Both the position numbers and the translations under genes were made by a program. Positions 27,430-36,683 of a stretch of DNA of 64,000 nucleotides are shown in pieces; the stretch's first letter is position 1, and each line of letters begins with the position of its first letter. Origin of the DNA: Alphaproteobacteria bacterium. Its GTDB lineage: Bacteria; Pseudomonadota; Alphaproteobacteria; Rickettsiales; UBA3002. The stretch lies in NCBI GenBank assembly GCA_035911175.1, contig JAMHWA010000034.1, forward strand, positions 5,206 through 69,205, in the 5' to 3' direction. The notes below the pieces were generated by a model. That model did not search any database, was not told the DNA's origin, and worked only from the letters and a program-made list of their open reading frames with translations.

Positions 27430-28761
27430 ATGTATACACAGGAATGGCAGTTCGATGGTTTAGTGGGGCCGACGCATAATTACGCAGGGTTAGCGACAGG
27501 CAACCTAGCGGCGGCGCATAATGCGGGCATGGTCTCGAACCCGCGCATGGCAGCGCTGCAGGGATTGGAGAAAATGCTGTTCGTGCGCAACTTGGGGATG
27601 AAACAAGCGTTCCTGCCACCCCATTATCGGCCACTCGTTGGTGAGCTAAAACGTCTTGGCTTTCGTGGCACGTTGGGCGAGATTCTAGATAAAGCCTATA
27701 CGCAAGCGCCAGGCCTTCTTTCGGCGCTGTATTCTTCCTCGTTTATGTGGGCTGCTAATGCAGCCACTGTAACCCCTGCGGGTGATGCATCCGATGGGAA
27801 AACCCACTTTACTCCCGCTAATTTAATGAGCCATTTCCACCGTAGCGTGGAAGCGCCGTTCTCGCAACGACTGCTTCATAGAATTTTCCATAATAAAAAA
27901 TTATTTGTAGTGCATGCAGCCCTACCTTCGGTCGATATCATGGCCGATGAGGGAGCTGCTAATCATATGATTACAATTGGTAATAATGATAGAGTTGGAT
28001 TAAATATATTTGTCTACGGAAAAAGTCACGGAATGCTCCATAAGACGCAAAAGCATCCTGCTCGGCAGCAGCGCGAAGCGAGCGAGGCAATAGCACGCCT
28101 TCATGGCTTGGATGCGACTAAAATTATGTATCTACAGCAATCACCTGAGGCCATCGACAAGGGGGTATTCCATAACGATGTGATTGCGATGAACACGACT
28201 AGCCTTATGGTCGTGCATGAGCATGCGTTTATACCTGAACATAGGGATCATCTGCGTGCATACTTTGAAACAAGGCCCGAACTGCAGTTTGTGGAGGTGC
28301 TCGCCAATGAGTTGAGCATCGAGGACGCCGTATCGACCTACTTATTCAACTCCCAACTGCTCGAATTGCCGAACAAAAATTTTGCTCTCGTATCGCCTTC
28401 CGAGTGCTCGAATCATGCGGGTGTCAGGGGGGTTGTGGATCGGCTCATGGGGCAGGGGGCGCTACAGCAGGTGCACTACCTAGACGTGCGTGAAAGTATG
28501 CGTAATGGTGGTGGCCCCGCCTGTTTGCGACTTCGAATCGTTTTGGATACGGAACGAGAGCAATCCATGCATCAGGGCATCGTGTTAACTGATGAGAAAT
28601 ATTTGCTGCTACGCCGATGGGTCGAAACCCATTACCGTGACCGACTTCAGTTTTCGGATTTGCGTGACCCTGCATTCGTAGCTGAGTTGGATGTCGCGTA
28701 TGAAGCCCTAGCTCAGATCATAGGGATGGATGATTTATACACCCCTTGGCGTGAGTACTAA
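27430..28761 (+). CDS. astB: N-succinylarginine dihydrolase
   Basis: 443 aa. The N-terminus EWQFDGLVGPTHNYAGL parallels E. coli AstB (EVNFDGLVGLTHHYAGL). C-terminal GGGPACLRLR. Confidence 0.9.
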   Translation: MYTQEWQFDGLVGPTHNYAGLATGNLAAAHNAGMVSNPRMAALQGLEKMLFVRNLGMKQAFLPPHYRPLVGELKRLGFRGTLGEILDKAYTQAPGLLSALYSSSFMWAANAATVTPAGDASDGKTHFTPANLMSHFHRSVEAPFSQRLLHRIFHNKKLFVVHAALPSVDIMADEGAANHMITIGNNDRVGLNIFVYGKSHGMLHKTQKHPARQQREASEAIARLHGLDATKIMYLQQSPEAIDKGVFHNDVIAMNTTSLMVVHEHAFIPEHRDHLRAYFETRPELQFVEVLANELSIEDAVSTYLFNSQLLELPNKNFALVSPSECSNHAGVRGVVDRLMGQGALQQVHYLDVRESMRNGGGPACLRLRIVLDTEREQSMHQGIVLTDEKYLLLRRWVETHYRDRLQFSDLRDPAFVAELDVAYEALAQIIGMDDLYTPWREY

Positions 28762-28896
28762 GCAGCGTCACGCGCGTGACGCACTTGCAACAGACGCACT
28801 AAACCTGCGCGACAATTGTGTACAACAGCGATTGAACTGGAAAGCTTGGGGGAAATAGCTAGATTGTTCACTCATGCTTTTGCTGGGTGAGTGACC

Positions 28897-29766
28897 ATGC
28901 TTGGAATTATCGGTATTGTTGTTGTATTTGCGATGGTTTTCGGCAGCTATGTGATGGCTGGCGGTAAGTTCGGGATTATCTTACATGCGGCACCGCACGA
29001 GTTTATGGCCATTGGTGGCGCCGCAGTTGGCGCTTTCCTGATTGCCAACAAGGGCAATGTGATTAAGGCCGCGTTGAAGGATTTTGGTAAATCGTTCAAA
29101 GGGCCAAAATGGAAAAAGCAAGATTACCAGGATATCCTCGCCCTGTTGTTTGCGATCCTGAAGCTGGTGCGCACCAAAGGCATGGTGGCGCTGGAGCAGC
29201 ATATCGAAAATCCTGAGCAATCATCGATTTTTAGCCAATACCCTAACATTTTGCATGACCATTTTGCCGTCGATTTTATCTGCGACACGCTGCGCATGAT
29301 TACCATGAACTTCGAGGATCCACACCAGCTTGAAGACATGATGGAAAAGCAGCTCGAGAAACACCACCATGAATTGCTGGCGCCCGCCCATTCCATTCAA
29401 ACCATGGCCGATGGTATTCCTGCACTTGGCATTGTGGCGGCAGTACTGGGCGTGATTAAAACCATGGCCAGCATCAGTGAACCAGTCGAAATCCTCGGCG
29501 GCATGATTGGTGGTGCGCTGGTGGGTACATTCCTTGGTGTATTTTTGGCCTATGGCTTGGTGGGCCCAATTGCCTCGAAGCTCAACCAAATGTACGATCA
29601 GGATCACATGTTCTACATGATCATTAAAGCGGTGCTGGTTTCGCATTTGCAAGGCAATGCGCCGCAGGTTTCGGTCGAGATTGGTCGTGGCAATATCCCG
29701 ACCATTTACCAGCCGAAATTCTCGGAAATGGAGCAAGTGCTGAACAACCTTCCTGCCGCGGGGTAA
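28897..29766 (+). CDS. motA: flagellar motor stator protein MotA
   Basis: MLGIIGIVVVF start (the GTG at 28891 is also possible). Four TM segments and the MotA/TolQ/ExbB channel region PALGIVAAVLGVIKTM. Followed by motB. Confidence 0.85.
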   Translation: MLGIIGIVVVFAMVFGSYVMAGGKFGIILHAAPHEFMAIGGAAVGAFLIANKGNVIKAALKDFGKSFKGPKWKKQDYQDILALLFAILKLVRTKGMVALEQHIENPEQSSIFSQYPNILHDHFAVDFICDTLRMITMNFEDPHQLEDMMEKQLEKHHHELLAPAHSIQTMADGIPALGIVAAVLGVIKTMASISEPVEILGGMIGGALVGTFLGVFLAYGLVGPIASKLNQMYDQDHMFYMIIKAVLVSHLQGNAPQVSVEIGRGNIPTIYQPKFSEMEQVLNNLPAAG

Positions 29767-29769
29767 GCC

Positions 29770-30723
29770 ATGGCTGCCAAAGGCAAGGATGACGGCAAAC
29801 GCCCGATTATCATCAAGAAAGTGAAGAAAGTCGCGGGTGGGCACCATGGTGGGGCATGGAAAGTGGCCTATGCCGACTTTGTAACGGCGATGATGGCGTT
29901 CTTCTTGCTTTTGTGGCTTCTTTCTTCTGCCTCGAAGGAGACGCTGCAAGGCTTGTCGGAGTATTTTACGCCGACGCAAGGTATCAAGGACAGCCAAGGG
30001 ATTGGCTTTGATGGGGGGCTTTCGCCCAATGTGGACGGCACTGCGAAGGGACAAATGTCAGACCCTGCGATTGTTACCGGCTATACGCCAAGCGGCACGG
30101 TGGCCGGCAACCCCGAAAGCAAAGCCAAGGATGAATCCGACAAGGATGATAATCTCTTTAAGCAAAGCGAAAGTGCCATTGAGCAGGCTATCGCGCAGGA
30201 AGCCTCGATGCAAAAATATGCGGATAATATAAGCGTTACCCAAACGCCTGAGGGGTTGCGTATCGATGTCATGGATAACGATAAATACGCGATGTTTGAA
30301 AAGTCTACCGCCACGCTGACGGAGCATGGCCGCACGATTCTAACGCGCATGGGCGAGATGATCAAAAAAATGCCCAATTACATGTCGATTGCTGGGCATA
30401 CCGATGCTTCGCCTGCGGAGACAGGCCGCGCCGATTATACGAATTGGGAGCTTTCGGCCGATCGTGCACAGGCGGCGCGCCGCTTCCTCACCAAAGTGGG
30501 GCTCGAGGGTGAGCGACCCAAAAAAGTAATGGGTATGGCGGATAAAGAGCTTTTTACGCCTGCTGAACCACGCGGCCCCAAAAATCGTCGTATTTCATTG
30601 GTGATGCTGCGCGGATCGCATATCCTAATTCCTGATATGGCCTTGCCGAAAGAAGCCTCCCCTGAGGCTCCTGCGCCTGCTGCTCCTGCACCCGTGGAAG
30701 CCCCAGCCCCCGCTGCGCACTAG
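29770..30723 (+). CDS. motB: flagellar motor protein MotB (OmpA-like C-terminal domain)
   Basis: 317 aa. WKVAYADFVTAMMAFFLLLWLL plug/TM region. C-terminal IAGHTDASP...NRRISLVML OmpA-like fold. Pro/Ala-rich tail. Confidence 0.85.
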   Translation: MAAKGKDDGKRPIIIKKVKKVAGGHHGGAWKVAYADFVTAMMAFFLLLWLLSSASKETLQGLSEYFTPTQGIKDSQGIGFDGGLSPNVDGTAKGQMSDPAIVTGYTPSGTVAGNPESKAKDESDKDDNLFKQSESAIEQAIAQEASMQKYADNISVTQTPEGLRIDVMDNDKYAMFEKSTATLTEHGRTILTRMGEMIKKMPNYMSIAGHTDASPAETGRADYTNWELSADRAQAARRFLTKVGLEGERPKKVMGMADKELFTPAEPRGPKNRRISLVMLRGSHILIPDMALPKEASPEAPAPAAPAPVEAPAPAAH

Positions 30724-31448
30724 CGCTGTTGAACGTCTTGAATACAGCGCACAGGGACGATGAAATTGCGTGCATTATCGCGCAGCACGCCATCGCCATA
30801 GGCAATGGCGCCACTCGTGGATTCATAAAAGCTGACTGCGTGTTGACGCAGGAAATCCTGCAGGGCGCTGAGCGTAATCGCCACATCGGATTTGCCAACG
30901 GCATCGCCGACTGGGTTGCCGTCTGCCCCAACACGGTAGGTGATAGCCATGCCGGAAATAACTGCAATCACGTTGCCTGAGCCATCAAGTACTGGCCCGC
31001 CCGAATTGCCCTTGGAGGCAACGCTTTTAAGCTGAATCCACTGATCCTCGCCCGTTGGGCCTTTAAGCGAGGTGACGCTGGTTTTTTTGTATTGGTATTG
31101 CCCCGTGGAACCCTCTTGCCCAGGGTAACCCATTACGACTACCCCATCACCCACCCGCAAATCGCTGATGTTCCAGCGCAGGGGGGCAGTGGTTTTGCTC
31201 ACATAGGCCGTTTTTAGAAGCGCGAGGTCGTATCCATCGGCCACAGCAACCAAACTGGCTTGTTCCTCGCCCTTGGGCGTTAAAATGGAAATGGACTTGC
31301 AGTTGCGCACCACATGCTCGTTCGTCACCACATGCCCATCGTTATTCACCACAAAGCCGGTGCCAGAGGATATTTTATAATACACCATCTGCTGCGCAAA
31401 GGCAGGCGCGGCGAGCAGGGTAAGAAAAGCGAGAAGGCGCATGAGCAT
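30720..31448 (-). CDS. secreted trypsin-like (S1) serine protease without a PDZ domain
   Basis: 242 aa. Signal peptide MLMRLLAFLTLLAAPAFA. Triad contexts are TNEHV (His), DLALLK (Asp) and GNSGGPV (Ser). Confidence 0.8.
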   Translation of the reverse strand: MLMRLLAFLTLLAAPAFAQQMVYYKISSGTGFVVNNDGHVVTNEHVVRNCKSISILTPKGEEQASLVAVADGYDLALLKTAYVSKTTAPLRWNISDLRVGDGVVVMGYPGQEGSTGQYQYKKTSVTSLKGPTGEDQWIQLKSVASKGNSGGPVLDGSGNVIAVISGMAITYRVGADGNPVGDAVGKSDVAITLSALQDFLRQHAVSFYESTSGAIAYGDGVLRDNARNFIVPVRCIQDVQQR

Positions 31449-31480
31449 GTTTTATAACGAATAATAAATGGTGCAAGCTA

Positions 31481-32680
31481 TTAACGGCTTGGTGAAGGCT
31501 GAGCTGGGGTGGTGCTATTGGGGGTTTGTGCAGGTGCGGAGGCTTCTGCAGGCGCACTGACAGGCAACGAGGGTAACTCTTTTGCAGAGCTAGAGATAAA
31601 TTGTTCCGCTAAATCCTTGGTCGAGAGGGATGTTTTATATTTATCGACAACCATTTTCTTTGTATCCCCAAGGCATTTGATATCTAGATGATCCTGCGTT
31701 TGTAACCAACCCGTCGAAGTAAATACGGGTGTGCCAGTTCCAGATTCAATCAGTATGGGCTTGGTGCAGTACTTGGCGCTTGCCGTTTCAATGGCGGGCA
31801 CAAGCTCCCCCAGCAGTTTGTTGGAGCGATCAGACAGCGTAACCCATCCGGCTGTTTCGGGCTGCGTAAGCCTGCCTAGCGCGGCAACGTCTAGCGGGGT
31901 GGATTTAAGAACGCGCATACGTCGTTCTGCTACTACTTGATGCGTGTCATCCATCGCGGCGGGGTAGAGATAGTCAGCAGTTATTGCTGGGTATCCTGCA
32001 ACTATCTCGCTAAAATCGAGATTGGTCTTTTTGTAGCCATGAGAGTTATCAATCGCCTCGATTATGTTGCCGGTATTGGCGCTTACAATGAATTGATGGC
32101 CTCCCAAAAACTCAGGAATTGCGGTGTTGGAGCCCATGATTCCTCCGGCCGCGGCATAGAACTGCGTCGCTTCCTTACGAGTCCCTTGGGTAACAAGGGT
32201 CTGGTCGGCCTCGTGCATCAGCAGGCCGCGTATGAATGTTAACTGCTCGCAATCATACTCGTCTTTTGGGGTAAGATGATTGAGTGAGCGCGTATCATTG
32301 CCGTCGTCACGTGCCTGTCGATAGTTGGCGGCGTCGAAGGTTGTGCCCTTAATCGCATCGTACACATGCTGAGCTAAGGCTTGCTCGTAGTCTGCCTGCT
32401 GCTGAGGTGAGCTTAACTGGTGCAATGCCTTGTCGGACGCCACATTTTCGCGCAGAATCGCTAGAATCTCATTGTATTCTTTCGCAACGGCATCCGTTCC
32501 GTTCTTATCAAACGTTATCACGAGGCTGGGAATGGATTCCATTCGGCCGGTTTGCGCAATATGCGCGAACGACGTATAATATTCACCCTTTTGGATGCTG
32601 GGAATGAGCAGAGGATAGGCCAGCGCCTGAGGCTTTTCGGGTGTCGATGGCGTTGCCGCCTGCGTTGGCTCGGTGCTCAT
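31481..32680 (-). CDS. hypothetical protein (orphan, 399 aa)
   Basis: GGAG lies 8 nt upstream of the ATG. No signal peptide. Pro/Ser/Thr-rich at both ends. C-terminus is ...PAQPSPSR. Lies between clpA and the S1 protease on the same strand. Confidence 0.65.
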   Translation of the reverse strand: MSTEPTQAATPSTPEKPQALAYPLLIPSIQKGEYYTSFAHIAQTGRMESIPSLVITFDKNGTDAVAKEYNEILAILRENVASDKALHQLSSPQQQADYEQALAQHVYDAIKGTTFDAANYRQARDDGNDTRSLNHLTPKDEYDCEQLTFIRGLLMHEADQTLVTQGTRKEATQFYAAAGGIMGSNTAIPEFLGGHQFIVSANTGNIIEAIDNSHGYKKTNLDFSEIVAGYPAITADYLYPAAMDDTHQVVAERRMRVLKSTPLDVAALGRLTQPETAGWVTLSDRSNKLLGELVPAIETASAKYCTKPILIESGTGTPVFTSTGWLQTQDHLDIKCLGDTKKMVVDKYKTSLSTKDLAEQFISSSAKELPSLPVSAPAEASAPAQTPNSTTPAQPSPSR

Positions 32681-32722
32681 CTCGTTCTCCGCAGCACGAT
32701 GGTAACCAGTAAAATAGGGGTG

Positions 32723-35092
32723 TTAGCCTACCAGCTCGCCATCATCCCCAGCGTTCGCCTTGGCTTTGCCTTTGGGCTTGGTGGTGGAGTATTTGAAGGT
32801 GAGGGTGTCCTCGCCGTCGTTGGTTTCGACGCCAATCGTCACCGAACCGCCCTTGCTAAGTTTACCAAACAGCACTTCTTCGGCCAGCGGCTTCTTGATC
32901 TTATCAGCAATCAAGCGGGCGAGGGGGCGGGCGCCCATGGCTTTGTCGTAGCCTTTTTCGGCCAGCCAATCTTGTGCGCTATCCGTGAGGTTGATGGTGA
33001 CATTGCGCTCGGAAAGCTGGCTTTCGAGGCGGTAGATAAATTTGTGCACCACCGATTTGACCACCTCGCGATTGAGGTGATCGAAGCCAATGATGGCATC
33101 GAGACGGTTACGGAATTCGGGCGTGAAGAGCTTGTTTGTCGCCGCTTTTGATTCATCCGCGCCGCGCTCCTCGCGGCCGAAGCCGATGGAACGTTTCGCT
33201 GCATCTGCCGCGCCGACATTGCTGGTCATAATGACAATGGCGTTGCGGAAGCTGACCGATTTGCCGTTCTGGTCGGTCAGTTTGCCGTAATCCATCACCT
33301 GCAGCAGGATGTTGAACACATCGGGGTGCGCCTTCTCGATTTCGTCGAGCAGGATGACCGCATAGGGTGTTTTATCCACGGCGTCGGTCAGTTGGCCACC
33401 TTGGTCGAAGCCTACATAGCCCGGAGGGGCGCCGATGAGGCCAGAAACGCTGTGCTTCTCCATATATTCCGACATATCGAAGCGTACCAGCTCCATGCCG
33501 AGCGTTTTGGCGAGTGCCAGTGCCACCTCGGTTTTGCCGACGCCTGTGGGTCCCGTGAACAGATAGCTGCCCATAGGTTTGCCATCATCACGCAAGCCAG
33601 CGCGCGCCATTTTAACAGCGGCGGCGAGTTCCTCGATGGCTTTATCCTGCCCAAACACGGTGAGTTTGAGGTTCTTCTCAAGGTTCTTGAGTTGCTCGGC
33701 ATCATCAAGCGACACGGTTTTGCTCGGCATACGCGCCATTTTGGCGACGACATCTTCGATCTCACGAACCGTGATGGTTTTCTTGCGCTTCGCCTCGGGC
33801 AGCAGCATTTGCGCAGCACCTGCCTCATCGATCACATCAATCGCTTTATCCGGCAATTTGCGGTCGTGGATGTAGCGGCTGGATAGTTCTACCGCTGCCT
33901 CAATCGCCGCAGGCAGGAAGCGCACTTTGTGGTGCTCTTCATAATACGGTTTCAAGCCGCGTAGGATTTTGATGCTGTCTTCGACACTTGGCTCCATGAC
34001 GTCGATTTTTTGGAAACGACGGGCGAGGGCGCGGTCTTTCTCAATGGTGTTGTTATATTCCTTGAAGGTGGTGGAACCCATGCAACGAAGCGAGCCGCGG
34101 GCGAGGGCGGGCTTGAGCAAATTCGCTGCATCCAGCGCGCCGCCGCTGGTGGAGCCAGCGCCGATGATGGTGTGGATTTCATCGATAAAGAGCACGGCAC
34201 CGGGGAGTTTCTCGATGGATTTAATCACGGCTTTCATGCGCTCTTCGAAGTCACCGCGGTAGCGCGTGCCAGCCAGCAGGCTGCCCATATCGAGCGAGAA
34301 GATGACAGCATTCTTGAGTACATTGGGTACTTCACCACGGGTGATACGTAGTGCTAACCCTTCCGCAATCGCGGTTTTGCCTACGCCTGCCTCACCCACA
34401 AAGAGTGGATTGTTTTTGGTGCGGCGGCATAAAATCTGTACGGTGCGCTCGATTTCATTCTCGCGGCCGATAAGGATATCCGTTTTGCCATTCTGGGCTT
34501 TTTTGTTGAGGTTGATGCAGTAAAGGTGGAGTGGATCTTTGCTTTCCTTCTCCTCGTTAACCGATTGTTTCTCTGCCTTATCGGCGGTGTAGCGGATGGA
34601 ACCATCATCCATCTCTTGCTCGCTATGGTCGCGCGGCAGGGCAATGCGGGTCATGTCGCTATATTTCACAATGCCGTGGCTGATATAGTTCACCACATCA
34701 AGGCGGCTTACATCCTGCTCCTGCAGGAAGAATACCGCGTGCGATTCACGCTCACTGAACATCGCAACCAGCACGTTCGCGCCGTTCACTTCATGCTTGC
34801 CCGCAGACTGCACATGAATCGCTGCACGATGGATAACCCGTTGAAACCCTGCGGTAGGACGTGCTTCTTCTACATGATCGACCACGAGGGTGGAGAGCTC
34901 CGTTTCCATGAAATCGGCAAGGGTGCGTTTCAGCTCGGCGAGGTTAACGCCCACGCCACGCAGCACACTCGATGCATCCGCATCCTCGGTCAGCGCGAGC
35001 AGTAAATGCTCTAGCGTCGCATATTCGTGGCGCTGCTTACGTGCCAGCTCAAGCGCGGTGCGAAGGGTGTTCTCGAGGTTGTGCGAAATCAT
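32723..35092 (-). CDS. clpA: ATP-dependent Clp protease ATP-binding subunit ClpA
   Basis: Clp_N repeat and two AAA+ modules (GEAGVGKT and GPTGVGKT Walker A). The start is set to the Met at 35092 (MISHNLENTL), 14 nt after the clpS stop. The track start 35131 would overlap clpS. Confidence 0.9.
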   Translation of the reverse strand: MISHNLENTLRTALELARKQRHEYATLEHLLLALTEDADASSVLRGVGVNLAELKRTLADFMETELSTLVVDHVEEARPTAGFQRVIHRAAIHVQSAGKHEVNGANVLVAMFSERESHAVFFLQEQDVSRLDVVNYISHGIVKYSDMTRIALPRDHSEQEMDDGSIRYTADKAEKQSVNEEKESKDPLHLYCINLNKKAQNGKTDILIGRENEIERTVQILCRRTKNNPLFVGEAGVGKTAIAEGLALRITRGEVPNVLKNAVIFSLDMGSLLAGTRYRGDFEERMKAVIKSIEKLPGAVLFIDEIHTIIGAGSTSGGALDAANLLKPALARGSLRCMGSTTFKEYNNTIEKDRALARRFQKIDVMEPSVEDSIKILRGLKPYYEEHHKVRFLPAAIEAAVELSSRYIHDRKLPDKAIDVIDEAGAAQMLLPEAKRKKTITVREIEDVVAKMARMPSKTVSLDDAEQLKNLEKNLKLTVFGQDKAIEELAAAVKMARAGLRDDGKPMGSYLFTGPTGVGKTEVALALAKTLGMELVRFDMSEYMEKHSVSGLIGAPPGYVGFDQGGQLTDAVDKTPYAVILLDEIEKAHPDVFNILLQVMDYGKLTDQNGKSVSFRNAIVIMTSNVGAADAAKRSIGFGREERGADESKAATNKLFTPEFRNRLDAIIGFDHLNREVVKSVVHKFIYRLESQLSERNVTINLTDSAQDWLAEKGYDKAMGARPLARLIADKIKKPLAEEVLFGKLSKGGSVTIGVETNDGEDTLTFKYSTTKPKGKAKANAGDDGELVG

Positions 35093-35106
35093 AATGTTCT
35101 CTTGTT

Positions 35107-35502
35107 TTAAGACTCTTGCTCCAGAGTGCATTGTAGCGGGTAGTCGTTGATCCGTGCGTATTCGATGACTTGATCCACCTTGGTTTCGGCCACATCGCGG
35201 GTGTAAATCCCTGCGAGGCCAGCGCCTTTCTGATGCACTTCAAGCATCACACTCAGCGCCTCTTGGTGGGGTTTGCGGAAAATTTGCTCCAACACCATCA
35301 CCACGAAATCCATGGGCGTAAAATCATCGTTTAGCAGGATCACCTTGTACATCGGCGGGCGTTTGGTCTTCACCTTGGGCTCGGCAAGCATCAGCCCGCC
35401 TTCGCTTTCGGTGTTGCCATCCGCGCCACCGCGCCTAATGTCACCCATACAGCGGGGAGTTGCGTTTGGTGGAAGGAACTGATCAAGGAACATCCCAGAC
35501 AT
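35107..35502 (-). CDS. clpS: ClpA adaptor protein ClpS
   Basis: YKVILLNDDFTPMDFVVMVLEQIF is the ClpS core. The Met at 35502 has GGAG 8 nt upstream. The exact start is uncertain (35448 to 35538). Confidence 0.85.
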   Translation of the reverse strand: MSGMFLDQFLPPNATPRCMGDIRRGGADGNTESEGGLMLAEPKVKTKRPPMYKVILLNDDFTPMDFVVMVLEQIFRKPHQEALSVMLEVHQKGAGLAGIYTRDVAETKVDQVIEYARINDYPLQCTLEQES

Positions 35503-35743
35503 GCGTTTCTCCACCGCTGTACAACTCCAATTTCGCATAAAATCCCTAATCTTCCGTTAACGCCGCTGATAAAAATAGAGCGGATTTCCTGTGTTTTGTA
35601 TTTTTCTTATGAATAATATAGGGCAGCGAAGGGTTGCTGACTAGGTGGAAGGTGCAGATATAAAGAGGGAAATTTCATGGAATTGTCACACAAAGGTTGG
35701 GCGGGTGTGATACAATGAGGCCTTAAATGTAGGAAAATTAGCT

Positions 35744-36208
35744 ATGCCAGAATACGGTCAAGGAGGCCTAGGGCCAACAGCGAGCGAGCTTGATGCTATG
35801 GCTACAAGCGCTGTCGCCAAGCCCGATGCGCGCGTTAAGATGGTACAGCTAAACCCCGAACAGGCACATAATCAGCTCGACTATCGCTGCATAGGGGCTG
35901 AAAAGGTAAGGCCAAGTAGTGTGCTTAAAAGCAAGGATAGAGCGCTGCTGCATCTTGAGAACGAGCTGATTGTGGCGCTAGCGACTGGAGAAAAAGCTTC
36001 GGCACGCAATGCTGCGAGCGAACTAAAAGCGTATGTGAGCGGAATGATTAAGCCCAAGGAAGATTCTTCAGCTAAAGATACGGCCAGCACAATCAGTGCT
36101 TATATGGTAGCAAGAAAGATGGTTGACGATTGGCTTGACTCACAACGTCTCGATAAAATGCGTGGGTACAGCCCCAAAGCATCTGTGGGTGCCAGCCCGC
36201 GACGCTAG
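35744..36208 (+). CDS. hypothetical protein (orphan, 154 aa)
   Basis: Sole ORF in an AT-richer gap, with AGGAAA upstream of the ATG. No domain recognised. C-terminus is ...SVGASPRR. Confidence 0.55.
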   Translation: MPEYGQGGLGPTASELDAMATSAVAKPDARVKMVQLNPEQAHNQLDYRCIGAEKVRPSSVLKSKDRALLHLENELIVALATGEKASARNAASELKAYVSGMIKPKEDSSAKDTASTISAYMVARKMVDDWLDSQRLDKMRGYSPKASVGASPRR

Positions 36209-36255
36209 ATAGAATCTAAGGGGGCGGCTGATTATGTATCGGATTTTGCTTTCAG

Positions 36256-36492
36256 CTACCGCCACCAAGGCTTGCCCAAATTAATCGTATCGATATCGGT
36301 CATCGCGCCTACGCCTGCGCCAACGCCTGCGCCGATGAGCGCGCCTTCACCCGCAGCGCCTACCGTTGCGCCAATGAGCGCGCCTGCGCCTGCGCCCACC
36401 ACGGCGCCGCCCACGGTGCGGTCGGTTTTATCGGATCCGCAGGCGCTCAAGGTAAGCAAGGCTGCTATAATCAGGATGTGGCGACGGTTCAT
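36256..36492 (-). CDS. small glycine-zipper lipoprotein (17-kDa surface antigen-like)
   Basis: 78 aa from the Met at 36492, with GGAG 8 nt upstream. Lipobox LTLSAC. Gly-zipper GGAVVGAGAGALIGATVGAAGEGALIGAGVGAGVGA. The longer track ORF (to 36672) would run over the rRNA promoter. Confidence 0.7.
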   Translation of the reverse strand: MNRRHILIIAALLTLSACGSDKTDRTVGGAVVGAGAGALIGATVGAAGEGALIGAGVGAGVGAMTDIDTINLGKPWWR

Positions 36493-36653
36493 GTGGTGCT
36501 CCATACGTGCGGTTATTGATGAAAAAATTACAGCTATGCGTAAATGACGGCTATCAATGACTGCCCTCAGATGCCTCCGCGCGGATAGAAAACATGAAAA
36601 TGTGGCGGATTTGTCCCATTTATTTTCCCTGTGAATTATTTTTATTTTCTTGG

Positions 36654-36683
36654 TTGACATCCTGCACGCCATGCTATTATAAC
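36654..36683 (+). promoter_or_regulatory. candidate sigma70-type promoter of the 23S-5S unit
   Basis: TTGACA at 36654-36659. The TATTATAAC block at 36675-36683 gives a -10 at 16 to 18 nt spacing. An AT-rich UP-like tract (TTATTTTTATTTTC) lies upstream and a GC-rich discriminator (CGCCC) downstream. Confidence 0.5.

Noticed and set aside
27880-28050. AT-rich stretch inside astB, as a possible insertion or frameshift.
   Set aside because: The reading frame is continuous and conserved AstB sequence flanks it on both sides. It is most simply a variable surface segment.
28783-28896. Sigma28 (FliA) promoter TAAA-N15-GCCGATAA upstream of motA.
   Set aside because: There is only a TAAA and a distant GCGATTGA with the wrong spacing, which is not a convincing match.
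29221-30054. 277-aa ORF antisense to motA/motB.
   Set aside because: It spans the motA-motB junction on the wrong strand and has no motifs.
36493-36672. N-terminal 60-codon extension of the glycine-zipper lipoprotein ORF.
   Set aside because: An internal Met with an SD gives a standard lipoprotein signal peptide. The extension would overlap the rRNA promoter region.
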